Source of the DNA: Hyphomonadaceae bacterium | GTDB taxonomy: Bacteria > Pseudomonadota > Alphaproteobacteria > Caulobacterales > Hyphomonadaceae | Direction of reading: 5' to 3' | DNA: 24,000 bases | NCBI GenBank assembly: GCA_965263325.1 | Contig: CBDHGY010000002.1 | Span: forward strand, 2,495,606 to 2,519,605 | Translations under genes and position numbers: made by a program | Shown here: in pieces, positions 15,465 to 24,000 of the stretch | Numbering within the stretch: the first letter of the stretch is position 1 | How the letters are laid out: each line of letters begins with the position of its first letter | Notes under the pieces: generated by a model | Seen by the model: only the letters and a program-made list of their open reading frames with translations | Databases searched by the model: none | Told to the model about the DNA's origin: nothing

Positions 15465-17270
15465 ATGACACCACGTGAGCGCATTCGCAACTTCTCAATC
15501 ATTGCCCATATTGATCATGGGAAGTCGACCCTTGCTGACCGGCTGATCCAGACGTGTGGCGGCTTGTCGGAACGGGAAATGTCCGAGCAGGTGCTCGACA
15601 ATATGGATATCGAGAAAGAGCGAGGGATTACCATCAAGGCGCAGACGGTGCGCTTGGAGTATAAAGCGCATGATGGAGAGATATATACGCTCAATCTCAT
15701 GGACACACCTGGCCACGTAGATTTCTCATATGAAGTCTCGCGCTGTCTGGCAGCATGTGAGGGTTCCCTCTTGGTGGTTGATGCGTCGCAAGGCGTTGAG
15801 GCGCAAACACTCGCAAATGTGTATCAGGCGATTGAACAGGATCATGAGATCGTTCCCGTTCTGAACAAGGTTGATCTGCCAGCCGCTGACATATTCCGCG
15901 TGTCTGAGCAGATTGAAGACGTGATTGGTCTTGATGCCACGGACGCTGTGCAGACCTCCGCGAAGACCGGGCTTGGAATTGAAGATGTGCTGGAAGCGAT
16001 CGTAACGCGCTTGCCCGCTCCTCCAGAAGGCGACATCGACAAGCCGCTGAAGGCCGCGCTCGTGGACGCGTATTACGATCCATATATGGGCGTCGTGGTC
16101 ATTGTACGCGTGGTCGACGGGTCGCTCAAAAAGGGTCAAAAAATCCAGATGATGGGCACGGGCGCAAAATATACGCTCGACCGTGTTGGAACGTTCAATC
16201 CGAAACCAACGGATGTTGATGCGCTCGGGCCGGGTGAAGTCGGCTTCCTCGTGGCGTCGATCAAGGAAGTGGCGGATTGCGCCATCGGTGACACGATTAC
16301 CGAAGACCGCCGCCAATGCGATGAGGCACTGCCCGGCTATAAGGAGGTCCAACCGGTGGTGTTCTGCGGGCTGTTCCCGATGGACGCGGCAAACTTTGAT
16401 GATTTGCGCGCCGCCATGGGTAAACTACGCTTGAACGATGCAAGTTTCACCTGGGAAATGGAAACCTCAGCCGCGCTCGGCATGGGCTTTCGCTGCGGGT
16501 TCCTCGGGCTCTTGCATCTTGAGATCATTCAGGAACGTCTTAGCCGGGAATTTGATCTGGACCTGATCGCAACGGCGCCGTCCGTGGTCTACGAATTAAC
16601 GATGACCGACGGCACGGAGTTGGCTTTGCACAACCCGACCGACATGCCGGATGTCGTGAAAGTCTCCGAAATTCGTGAGCCGTGGATCGAAGCAACGATC
16701 CTAACGCCTGATGAGTATCTTGGCGGCGTGTTGAAGCTTTGTCAGGATCGGCGCGGCATCCAGAAAGAGCTCACCTATGCCGGCACGCGTGCCATGGTGA
16801 AGTATGAATTGCCGCTCAACGAGGTTGTGTTTGATTTCTATGATCGGCTGAAATCGATCTCTAAAGGGTATGCGAGTTTTGACTATGAGGTTGTTGGGCA
16901 CAGGCCAGAAAATCTCGTGAAGATGCAGATTCTTGTAAACGAGGAACCGGTTGACGCGCTCTCCATGCTTGTGCACCGCGACCGCGCCGAGAGCCGCGGA
17001 CGGCAAATGTGCGAGAGACTGAAAGATCTGATCCCGCGTCAAATGTTTAAGATCCCGGTGCAAGCGGCAATTGGCTCAAAGGTGATCGCACGAGAAACGA
17101 TTTCTGCTATGCGCAAAGACGTTACGGCGAAATGTTATGGCGGCGATGCCAGCCGAAAGCGGAAACTGCTTGATAAGCAAAAGGCGGGCAAGAAGCGCAT
17201 GCGCCAATTCGGCAAAGTCGAGATTCCCCAGGAGGCCTTTGTGGCCGCCCTGCGAATGGATGGCGACTAG
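15465..17270 (+). CDS. lepA: Elongation factor 4 (translational GTPase LepA)
   Basis: 601-aa ORF. It contains [21 protein letters not shown] (G1), DTPGHVDF (G3), NKVDL (G4) and the LepA-specific C-terminal domain (...[37 protein letters not shown]). Confidence 0.97.
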   Translation: MTPRERIRNFSIIAHIDHGKSTLADRLIQTCGGLSEREMSEQVLDNMDIEKERGITIKAQTVRLEYKAHDGEIYTLNLMDTPGHVDFSYEVSRCLAACEGSLLVVDASQGVEAQTLANVYQAIEQDHEIVPVLNKVDLPAADIFRVSEQIEDVIGLDATDAVQTSAKTGLGIEDVLEAIVTRLPAPPEGDIDKPLKAALVDAYYDPYMGVVVIVRVVDGSLKKGQKIQMMGTGAKYTLDRVGTFNPKPTDVDALGPGEVGFLVASIKEVADCAIGDTITEDRRQCDEALPGYKEVQPVVFCGLFPMDAANFDDLRAAMGKLRLNDASFTWEMETSAALGMGFRCGFLGLLHLEIIQERLSREFDLDLIATAPSVVYELTMTDGTELALHNPTDMPDVVKVSEIREPWIEATILTPDEYLGGVLKLCQDRRGIQKELTYAGTRAMVKYELPLNEVVFDFYDRLKSISKGYASFDYEVVGHRPENLVKMQILVNEEPVDALSMLVHRDRAESRGRQMCERLKDLIPRQMFKIPVQAAIGSKVIARETISAMRKDVTAKCYGGDASRKRKLLDKQKAGKKRMRQFGKVEIPQEAFVAALRMDGD

Positions 17271-17836
17271 TCGGAAGTCTGTCGCGCAACAAGATTCACG
17301 CGGCGCGGACGGAGATAAAACTCGTCGGTCAGGACGCGTGTGTTGTCGATGATGTAGCCAATGTCAGACGTGTAATCGTATTCGACTTCAGCGAAAATCA
17401 CAGAGCCGCCAGCCGGGACCAGATTCGGTGGAACGGTCATGGGTGTGCCGGGCGCATGTGCTGTCCAATTGTCGTTGGCATCGCTCCAGTCAACTGTGAT
17501 CACGCCGCCTGTATCAACGAGACTTGAGACGCGAAGGCGTGCATTTTCGATTGGTGAGGGTTCGAAAATCATTCTTGATGCTTGAAATACGTCGGCCATG
17601 TCGGCGTCGGACATTACGGCCGCACGAGCGACGAGGTCACCCATGGTTGACGCTGCAGATGTTACGCGTCTGTCGGTCTGCATCATCAAAGATAGCTCGA
17701 TACACCCAAAGTAGAGCAAGGCTAGGAAGGGTGCGACAAGCGCAAACTCAATCGCTGAGATCCCGTCATCGTCGTCGCGAATACCCTTTGCGCGGCGTAT
17801 ATATTTCGAAAGTCGTTTCTTGATCATTTGCGTCAT
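17267..17836 (-). CDS. TadE/TadG-like pseudopilin (Flp pilus assembly)
   Basis: 189-aa ORF with the TadE-type N-terminus [29 protein letters not shown]. It lies 20 nt downstream of the other TadE-like gene, next to the cpa locus. Confidence 0.8.
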   Translation of the reverse strand: MTQMIKKRLSKYIRRAKGIRDDDDGISAIEFALVAPFLALLYFGCIELSLMMQTDRRVTSAASTMGDLVARAAVMSDADMADVFQASRMIFEPSPIENARLRVSSLVDTGGVITVDWSDANDNWTAHAPGTPMTVPPNLVPAGGSVIFAEVEYDYTSDIGYIIDNTRVLTDEFYLRPRRVNLVARQTSD

Positions 17837-17856
17837 ACCTGATGGGGTTCGATTTA

Positions 17857-18438
17857 CTATGTTCCGCCCGCTGATGTGTTGCCAAAGGGTTCGTTTCTAA
17901 AGGCAATGGTTGACTGAAGCAGCCGTTTACCGTCACTCAGATTAGCAAGCGGCGCAGACATAACCGGCGTGAAGAGCTTCCACTCATAAAATGCACGAAC
18001 GACGACGATCTCGTTTTGGGTGCCCGGATTATATCCGAAACCGCTTGGGTCAAAGTTTCCGCTCGCATCGATCGGACTTGGATTGGATGTCGATCCGAAG
18101 TCTGAGAATGTCTGCACATCCAAGGTTAGATTGTCTGCGCAATCCAACAGGTCGAACAATTCGGCACATACTGCATTTTTAAAGGCAACAGCTCCGAAAC
18201 CGTTCTGCTGAGCCTGACCTGTTCGTATGCTGCGAGATGCTTCGTTTAGTCCGTGCTCGAGCACCGTTGTCATGATGAAGATGGCACAGACTTCAAGCAA
18301 TCCGAAGATCAAGAAGAAAAACGGGATTGCGATCATCGCAAATTCGACGGCTGCGATTCCGCGTTTGTCCTCGGCCCAGTTTTCCAAGCGCCGCTGCAGC
18401 TTTGGAGCTTTGATGCCGGGTATCTTGAATAACTTCAT
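17857..18438 (-). CDS. TadE-like pseudopilin (Flp pilus assembly)
   Basis: 193-aa ORF with N-terminus RGIAAVEFAMIAIPFFFLIFGLLEVCAIF, the TadE family signature. Confidence 0.8.
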   Translation of the reverse strand: MKLFKIPGIKAPKLQRRLENWAEDKRGIAAVEFAMIAIPFFFLIFGLLEVCAIFIMTTVLEHGLNEASRSIRTGQAQQNGFGAVAFKNAVCAELFDLLDCADNLTLDVQTFSDFGSTSNPSPIDASGNFDPSGFGYNPGTQNEIVVVRAFYEWKLFTPVMSAPLANLSDGKRLLQSTIAFRNEPFGNTSAGGT

Positions 18439-18550
18439 GAGTTCAGTCCCGCCTAGGATAGGAATACCTAAGCAGTGTCCATACCAGATCGATGTTTTGA
18501 GAGGCTTTATACAGAGTATTGAATTTTATCGAATTTTATCGGTCCAAACC

Positions 18551-18577
18551 AAAAGGACCTCCCACGAGTGGAAGGCC
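18551..18577 (-). terminator. Candidate rho-independent terminator after the secretin-N-domain gene
   Basis: The minus-strand RNA reads GGCCUUCCA-CUCG-UGGGAGGUCC. That is about 9 bp with one bulge and one G.U pair. It is followed by UUUU GGUUUGG, about 25 nt past the stop at 18603. Confidence 0.45.
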
Positions 18578-18602
18578 CTCAACGTGTCACTATAATATCT
18601 GA

Positions 18603-19040
18603 CTATTCTGAAAGCTCTTTGAGTGCCTCGTTCTGCTGAACCATAGCCATGAAGTTTTCATGGTTATCCCCAATCGACAGGATCGAACGGCAATTTCCGG
18701 CGCAGTCCATGGTAACATTCTGTCCGGCGCGGTTGATCGTTACGAAGCTCGTTGTATTGGCTGTCACAACGATGTCGCCGCTATAGATCTGACGACCAGC
18801 ATCATCAAAGATCAGCAAATTTGTTGTGCCGTAAGTTTTTCCAGTGATGAAAATCAGGTTCTCATTGTGGACAGCAACATCAGCAAAGTTTGGGTTACCG
18901 ACAACAATTGCAGCAGCCTTGTGCTTTAGGCGCAGAGGCTTTGTCTTGCTGGCCTCAACCGTGAATTGGTCAGCCATAGCGGTGCCCGCGAAAAACGCTG
19001 CACTCATCACTATGGCGCAAGCTTTTGCCAGTCTCTTCAT
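18603..19040 (-). CDS. Standalone pilus-formation (CpaC/secretin N-terminal, BON-like) domain protein, secreted
   Basis: The ORF track gives 18603..19166. I prefer the ATG at 19038-19040 (MKRLAKACAIVMSAAFFAGTAMA signal peptide) preceded by GGAG. The core AAAIVVGNPNFADVAVHNENLIFITGKTYGTTNLLIFDDAG parallels the CpaC N-terminus in this window (ADVVITNPEIADAVVQTSKRIIFRGVEVGQTNAFIFDKSG). Confidence 0.7.
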   Translation of the reverse strand: MKRLAKACAIVMSAAFFAGTAMADQFTVEASKTKPLRLKHKAAAIVVGNPNFADVAVHNENLIFITGKTYGTTNLLIFDDAGRQIYSGDIVVTANTTSFVTINRAGQNVTMDCAGNCRSILSIGDNHENFMAMVQQNEALKELSE

Positions 19041-19319
19041 TTGCCGCTCCGATACATTAAGTGAGTTTTCGAGAAGATGGCGCAATTTAGTTGCCTGATT
19101 GCTAACTTTTTTATCGCTCAGATCAGAGAACGAGTATCGCAGAGCTTGCGACGGCCAGTGCGCCACGAAAAATGGTAAATAAATCCTACAGATACATTCG
19201 TGGATTTTTTGTTCTTCTTTACGCGAGATTCAACGCAGTCGCGTATACAGGAGCCGTGTCTGGGGAGAACAGAAAAACTCAGATCGACTTTAAACCAAAC
19301 CGCATGATGGGAGTTTCCA

Positions 19320-19481
19320 ATGCAAAAATTCGTTCGTTTCATGAAAGACGAAAACGGCGCAACAGCTATCGAGTACGGTCTGATCGCTTCTTTGATCGCC
19401 GTTGCTATCATTACAGCTGTTACCACTCTTGGTACTGACGCTGCTAAGACATTCGACAAAGTGTCTGCAAAAATGGGTTAA
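19320..19481 (+). CDS. flp: Flp-family type IVc pilin
   Basis: Too short for the ORF track. My translation is MQKFVRFMKDENGATAIEYGLIASLIAVAIITAVTTLGTDAAKTFDKVSAKMG* (53 aa). It has the Flp processing motif G/ATAIEYGLI. A GGGAG RBS lies upstream, and the gene sits just upstream of the prepilin peptidase. Confidence 0.88.
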   Translation: MQKFVRFMKDENGATAIEYGLIASLIAVAIITAVTTLGTDAAKTFDKVSAKMG

Positions 19482-19528
19482 GCGAGCCGGTGGCCGGCAA
19501 CGGTCGCCAGTTTGTTGACTTAAAAAGG

Positions 19529-19560
19529 CGCCGCTCGGGGAAATCCCGGGCGGCGTTTTT
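19529..19560 (+). terminator. Rho-independent terminator downstream of flp
   Basis: CGCCGCTCGGG-gaaat-CCCGGGCGGCG forms an 11-bp GC-rich stem with one G.U pair. TTTTT follows and AAAAA precedes it. It starts 48 nt after the flp stop. Confidence 0.75.
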
Positions 19561-19642
19561 CTGTTGGAAACCAGGAAATGGCAACGGTTCCTTCAGGAAG
19601 AGATGGCAAGTCATGATTCCAAGTTGTTGGAGACAGTAGATT

Positions 19643-20173
19643 ATGTTGAGTACCATGATGGGCGGTGTCCTTTTTCTATTTTGCGCTTTCGCCTGCGTAA
19701 AAGACATGTCTAGCCTAACCATCCCAAACTGGGTGAATGCCGGAATTGCGCTAGCGTTCTTGCCTGCTGCGGCAATTGGTATTGCGACCTCACCTGAGAT
19801 TACAATTGGTGTCGTCGGTTGGCATCTGTTGGTGGGATTCATCACATTTATCGTGTGCTTTATCCTCTTTACGGTTGGGGCTTTTGGCGGCGGTGATGCG
19901 AAAATGATCCCGGCGGTCGCATTATGGATGGGACCATATGGTGTCGCGCCGTTCATGCTGGGGCTTGCGGCAGCTGGCGGTGTTCTTGCGCTTGCAGTGC
20001 TTTACGCAAGAAAGACGATACCGGAAGCGTTCGCACCAGGCTTTGTTCGCGCGACCATGCAAGAAGGCGAAGGCGTGCCATACGGAATCGCGATTTCCGC
20101 AGGCGCAATCGTCGGTGGGATGAGCTCTCCATTCCTTACCAATTTCCTAAGCATATTCATCAGTTTGAATTAA
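19643..20173 (+). CDS. cpaA: Prepilin peptidase CpaA/TadV (A24 aspartic peptidase)
   Basis: 176-aa polytopic ORF. The first Asp motif is CVKDMSSLTIPNW and the second is GAFGGGDAKMIPAVALWMG. Confidence 0.85.
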   Translation: MLSTMMGGVLFLFCAFACVKDMSSLTIPNWVNAGIALAFLPAAAIGIATSPEITIGVVGWHLLVGFITFIVCFILFTVGAFGGGDAKMIPAVALWMGPYGVAPFMLGLAAAGGVLALAVLYARKTIPEAFAPGFVRATMQEGEGVPYGIAISAGAIVGGMSSPFLTNFLSIFISLN

Positions 20174-20256
20174 CTTTTCCGTAGCTCGCGTATGCGAGGT
20201 TGCGGATCAGTAGGAGGGCTTGAACGGGCCCTTTAGTAACCGGAAGGCCACCCGAA

Positions 20257-21093
20257 ATGTCCATCAAGCAAGTTCTGATTATATTGATTGCGGGCGTTGC
20301 AGCTGTTGGTGCTGCATTTTTGTTCAAGCAAATTTCGTCAACTCAGGCGCAGCCGATCGTGCAGACCGAGGAAACGGTCCGGGAGGTTGAAGTTGAAGTT
20401 GCAAGCTTGAAAATCCTTGTCGCCTCTCGCGATCTGGAAGTTGGAGAACTTATCACGCCAGATGATTTGATGTGGGCAAACTGGCCGGAAGCAACCATTA
20501 ACATCAATCAGTTCACGGATCAGGAAAGCCCTGAGGCGATGGAGGAGCTGACGGGCTCAGTCGTGCGTACGCGCATGTATGAGAATGAGCCGATCATTCC
20601 TCAGAAAATCGTCCAAAAGGGTGAAACCGGATACATGGCTGCGATCCTGAAGCCGGGCATGCGCGCGATTTCAGTTGAGATTCGATCAGAGACCGGTGCT
20701 GGCGGGTTCATTCTTCCTGATGATCGCGTCGATGTAATCCTAACGCACGACGTAGAAATTGTACTCGGCGCTAATCGTGTAGAGCGCCCAGTCACAACGA
20801 CGATTATTGAAAATGCCCGCGTTCTCGCAATCGATACCATTCACGTGCAGGGCGAGGGTGAAATAGCGATGACAGGGTCTACCGCCACATTGGAACTGAA
20901 GCCCAAGCAAGCGGAACTGCTGGCGCTGGGTGAGCGGATGGGAACGATCGCCCTCGCTCTCCGCGCAGTGTCAGACGTGCATGCTGCGGGCGGTGAAGTA
21001 ACAGGAAATATGGGACTTCTCGATGGCGGCAGCACCGGTACTGGCGGTGTAAAAATCTACAAAAATGGCCAAATCGCCAATCTGGGGGGGTAA
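20257..21093 (+). CDS. cpaB: Flp pilus assembly protein CpaB/RcpC
   Basis: 278-aa ORF with an N-terminal TM anchor. It has a SAF-like segment (LKILVASRDLEVGELITPDDL) and an RcpC-like C-terminal region (GFILPDDRVDVILTH...ENARVLAID). It occupies the canonical position. Confidence 0.88.
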   Translation: MSIKQVLIILIAGVAAVGAAFLFKQISSTQAQPIVQTEETVREVEVEVASLKILVASRDLEVGELITPDDLMWANWPEATININQFTDQESPEAMEELTGSVVRTRMYENEPIIPQKIVQKGETGYMAAILKPGMRAISVEIRSETGAGGFILPDDRVDVILTHDVEIVLGANRVERPVTTTIIENARVLAIDTIHVQGEGEIAMTGSTATLELKPKQAELLALGERMGTIALALRAVSDVHAAGGEVTGNMGLLDGGSTGTGGVKIYKNGQIANLGG

Positions 21094-21096
21094 CGA

Positions 21097-22677
21097 ATGA
21101 GCCGAACAAAACGTCTCTTCTGCGGGGCAGCGTTAGCTGCGGCCTGCGTTGCGACCCCGCTATCTGTTAGTGCTCAGTCGGTATTGGGTGTTCAACTCAC
21201 TGAACCTGGCGACAGCAATGCGACCCAGCACACAATTCTGGGGCTGAATAAATCCACTGTTGTGGAGCTGGACACGGCTGCTGCGGATGTCGTTATCACG
21301 AATCCAGAAATTGCTGATGCGGTGGTTCAAACCTCCAAGCGTATTATCTTTCGCGGTGTGGAAGTTGGTCAAACCAATGCGTTTATCTTCGACAAGAGCG
21401 GCAATCAGCTACTCAATCTGGAAATCCGTGTAGAGCAGGATCTCAGCGCGCTCGAAACAATGATTGAGCGATACGTGCCCGATGCGCGCGTGTCGGTTGC
21501 CGCTGTGAATGATGGTATCGTCATCGACGGCGTTGTAGACAGTCTCACACAGTCAGATCAGGTTCTCCGCTTGGCGACAGCCTTTATGGGTTCGGCAAGC
21601 GCGGGTGCTGAACCAAACATCGTCAACCTCATGAGCATTTCGGCTAAAGACCAGGTCATGCTGGAAGTGCGGATTGTTGAGATGCAGCGAAATGTTGTAA
21701 AGCAACTCGGCATCAACCTGACCGGCAGCGCCGGCGGCGGAAACCTTGCAAACCTGGTTACACAGAACTTCTACGACGAAGACGGTTTCCCCATTCTGGA
21801 TGCGACCGGACAAACCGTCGAAGGTGTTGCCGACGGCTTGCCATTTACCTTCACCAACTCTGTCACGAGCGCGAACGGCTTTAACGTTGCCGGTAGCGCG
21901 CTTGGTGGGTTGAACTACAATACCGGCTTTAACAACTATGTTGGCGGCAATCTGCAGACATCGGTTGGGCTTGCAATAGATGCGCTTGAGCGGATCGGCG
22001 TTGTCAGAACGCTTGCTGAGCCAAATATTACAGCGGTATCTGGCGAAGCGGCTAAGTTCCTGGCGGGCGGTGAATTCCCTGTACCTGTCGGTCAGGATGA
22101 TGACGGCGAGATCACGATCGAGTTTAAACCGTTCGGTGTCGGGCTCGCGTTCACGCCAGTTGTACTGTCTGAGGGGAATATCTCACTTAAGATTTCGACA
22201 GAGGTATCTGAGCTGACCACGCAGGGCGCGTTTCAGGGCCAATCAGTTGCCGGTGTTGACGCCGACGGCAACATCGTAACGGCGCAAACGCTTACGATCC
22301 CTGCGCTTTCGGTTCGCAGGGCTGAGAGCACTATTGAACTTCCTTCCGGCTCCTCGATGATGATGGCTGGACTGATCCAATCAAAAACGCGTCAATCACT
22401 CGACCAGCTTCCGGGGGTGAAAAAGTTGCCAATCCTTGGCGCGCTTTTCCAGTCTCGCGATTTCATCAATGAAGAGACAGAGCTCGTCGTGATCGTGACA
22501 CCATATCTGGTGGATCCAGCACAAAAGAAAGACCTGCGTACACCTGCTGATGGTTTTGCGAATGCGTCGGACCCGAAGACGATTTTCTTCGGCAAGCTCA
22601 ACGCGATGTACGGTGATCCAGAACAACAAGTCGACGGCGCTGAGTATCGCGCGCCAGTTGGCTTTATTGAGGAATAG
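21097..22677 (+). CDS. cpaC: Flp pilus secretin CpaC/RcpA
   Basis: 526-aa ORF with a signal peptide and an N-terminal pilus-formation domain. The secretin core reads VRTLAEPNITAVSGEAAKFLAGGEFPV...IELPSGSSMMMAGLIQ...LPGVKKLPILGALFQSRDF...ELVVIVTPYLV. Confidence 0.92.
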   Translation: MSRTKRLFCGAALAAACVATPLSVSAQSVLGVQLTEPGDSNATQHTILGLNKSTVVELDTAAADVVITNPEIADAVVQTSKRIIFRGVEVGQTNAFIFDKSGNQLLNLEIRVEQDLSALETMIERYVPDARVSVAAVNDGIVIDGVVDSLTQSDQVLRLATAFMGSASAGAEPNIVNLMSISAKDQVMLEVRIVEMQRNVVKQLGINLTGSAGGGNLANLVTQNFYDEDGFPILDATGQTVEGVADGLPFTFTNSVTSANGFNVAGSALGGLNYNTGFNNYVGGNLQTSVGLAIDALERIGVVRTLAEPNITAVSGEAAKFLAGGEFPVPVGQDDDGEITIEFKPFGVGLAFTPVVLSEGNISLKISTEVSELTTQGAFQGQSVAGVDADGNIVTAQTLTIPALSVRRAESTIELPSGSSMMMAGLIQSKTRQSLDQLPGVKKLPILGALFQSRDFINEETELVVIVTPYLVDPAQKKDLRTPADGFANASDPKTIFFGKLNAMYGDPEQQVDGAEYRAPVGFIEE

Positions 22678-22688
22678 GGAAGAGGCAC

Positions 22689-23405
22689 ATGCGTAAACCG
22701 ACATTAAAATCAGTCGCTCTGCTTGGAACTGCGATTGGCCTTATAGGGGCAGCTGGATGCGCTTCATCATCTGCGCCAGCTGTGCCGACGGAATATCTCG
22801 AGGGTACGCCGCTTGATCGCAATCCAATCACCGTCAGCAAGAAGACGGAGTATCTGGAGATTGCTCTGAACCCCGCAGACAAACAGTTGCGCATCGTCGA
22901 CAAAGATCGCATTCGCAATTTTGTTCGAGGCTATGTTGAAAAGGGTCATGGCCCCCTCATTATGTCCATGCCAAAAGACTCCCCGAACGCGCAGCTTTCG
23001 GTGCAAGCGGTCGCTGACGCACGCGAAATTGCCTGGGAATATGGTGTCGAATACAAAGAAATATTCGGAAGCACATATGATGCGCGCACGGCCGGAGCCG
23101 GTGCGCCATTGGTGCTTGCATACACGTCATACCGGGCCAATGCTCCCGAATGTGGCTCGCTCGCACATCAGGATTTTGCCGACGCTGTATCAAATAATGA
23201 GCTACCAACATTTGGCTGCTCGATCCGCGCCAACATGGCCGCGATGATCGCAGACCCAGCAGATCTCTTTGGCGAGCGCGAACTGGAAGAGGGTGACAAT
23301 GATCGCCGCACCACAGTGCTCGGACTTTATCGCGAAGGCCAACCAACAGCCGCTCAACGAACTCAGGATGAGAACGGCTCAGTATCAACAGCGGTTCAAG
23401 AATAG
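22689..23405 (+). CDS. cpaD: Pilus assembly lipoprotein CpaD
   Basis: 238-aa ORF with lipobox LIGAAGC. CpaD-type C-terminal features are ECGSLAHQDF...FGCSIRANMAAMIADPADL...RRTTVLGLYREG. Confidence 0.8.
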   Translation: MRKPTLKSVALLGTAIGLIGAAGCASSSAPAVPTEYLEGTPLDRNPITVSKKTEYLEIALNPADKQLRIVDKDRIRNFVRGYVEKGHGPLIMSMPKDSPNAQLSVQAVADAREIAWEYGVEYKEIFGSTYDARTAGAGAPLVLAYTSYRANAPECGSLAHQDFADAVSNNELPTFGCSIRANMAAMIADPADLFGERELEEGDNDRRTTVLGLYREGQPTAAQRTQDENGSVSTAVQE

Positions 23406-23427
23406 TCCGCGCGCAATTTAGGAGTTG

Positions 23428-24000
23428 ATGAGAATGTCAAATGACAATGCGCTCTTTGAAGACGACTTCGACGTAGAATTCGAAGACTTTGAAACGGATG
23501 ACTTTGCTGCGAATAATGATGCGGTTCTTGCCGATGAAGTAGACGTTAACGCTCCGATGAAGGATTTGTCGCCGATCGACAGCATATTCGAAGTTACGAA
23601 CGAAGGCGGCGATCGCGTTATTCCGGCGATATCAATAAATGCGTTCTGTGAGCGCGGCGACACGCAAGCCTTGCTGGAACAGGCCTCTCAGGATCGCCGT
23701 ATGTCCCGTGTGATTACGGATTTTCGCAGCGGCGGCCTGCAGGCGGCGATCGAATTTTTGGCAGAGAACCCCACACCAAATCTCTTGATTGTCGAGTCTT
23801 CTTTGCCGGCAAACCAAATGGTCGCGAAAATCGATGAACTTGCGCAACATTGCGATGAAGGCGTTGAAGTTCTGGTCATTGGGGCGACGAATGATATTGC
23901 GCTTTATCGCCAGCTTATGGCGCGAGGTGTGAGTGAGTATCTTGTTCCGCCAGTGCAGCCGCTCGGCCTCATTCGCTCAATTTCGAACTTGTTTGCTGAC
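23428..24000 (+). CDS. cpaE: Pilus assembly ATPase-like protein CpaE/TadZ, N-terminal receiver-like part (runs off the window)
   Basis: Absent from the ORF track because it is truncated. My translation from the ATG at 23428 (an alternative ATG is at 23434; GGAG lies at 23421) stays open to the window end. It reads MRMSNDNALFEDDFD...RVIPAISINAFCERGDTQALLEQASQDRRMSRV...LLIVESSLPANQMVAKIDELAQHCDEGVEVLVIGATNDIALYRQLMARGVSEYLVPP, the typical pseudo-receiver N-domain of CpaE. Confidence 0.8.
   Translation, partial: MRMSNDNALFEDDFDVEFEDFETDDFAANNDAVLADEVDVNAPMKDLSPIDSIFEVTNEGGDRVIPAISINAFCERGDTQALLEQASQDRRMSRVITDFRSGGLQAAIEFLAENPTPNLLIVESSLPANQMVAKIDELAQHCDEGVEVLVIGATNDIALYRQLMARGVSEYLVPPVQPLGLIRSISNLFAD

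Noticed and set aside
19041-19319. Search for CtrA-type boxes (TTAA-N7-TTAA) and other cell-cycle motifs in the flp promoter region; GATACATT occurs twice (19051 and 19191) and one GATTC (GANTC) site occurs near 19226
   Set aside because: Only isolated TTAA half-sites are present (for example 19290..19293 with no partner at N7). The 8-mer repeat and the single GANTC site are compatible with chance, so no regulatory feature is called.
19444-19956. A 170-aa minus-strand ORF antisense to flp-cpaA, and an 88-aa plus-strand ORF at 19172..19438 overlapping flp out of frame
   Set aside because: Both overlap strongly supported genes (the Flp pilin motif and the A24 peptidase Asp motifs) and have no motifs of their own.

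Overview
The window looks like alphaproteobacterial chromosome: it has a Caulobacter-type flp-cpaABCDE order and a yidC-rnpA-rpmH block. My hand counts of single 60-nt lines suggest a background GC of roughly 48-62%.

Gene order, left to right:
- yidC (partial), rnpA and rpmH.
- A tightly packed trio: periplasmic DUF547, a DedA/TVP38 membrane protein and a class-I FAD disulfide reductase.
- A ~3.3 kb, visibly GC-richer block (about 67-83% in the lines I counted) holding one minus-strand reading frame with TIR, NB-ARC-type STAND ATPase and TPR-like repeats. A single in-frame TGA inside the TIR domain cuts it into two ORFs (7899..8234 and 5001..7892).
- An orphan sensor histidine kinase, a PEGA-type lipoprotein and a weak orphan ORF behind an AT-rich spacer.
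- A same-strand run of secreted coiled-coil protein, lipoprotein alkyl-sulfatase and Rieske oxygenase.
- lepA.
- A Tad/Cpa type IVc pilus locus: two TadE-like pseudopilins, a standalone secretin-N-domain protein, the flp pilin with a strong terminator, cpaA-D and partial cpaE.

I found no tRNA, rRNA, CRISPR array, transposase or integrase.

The best candidate for a novel or defence-type system is the TIR-STAND-TPR locus. It is an NLR-like, Avs-like architecture sitting as a single-locus compositional island between ordinary genes. Its effector domain is split by a stop codon just upstream of the likely catalytic-Glu helix.

All family assignments come from motifs I read by eye. No database searches were run.
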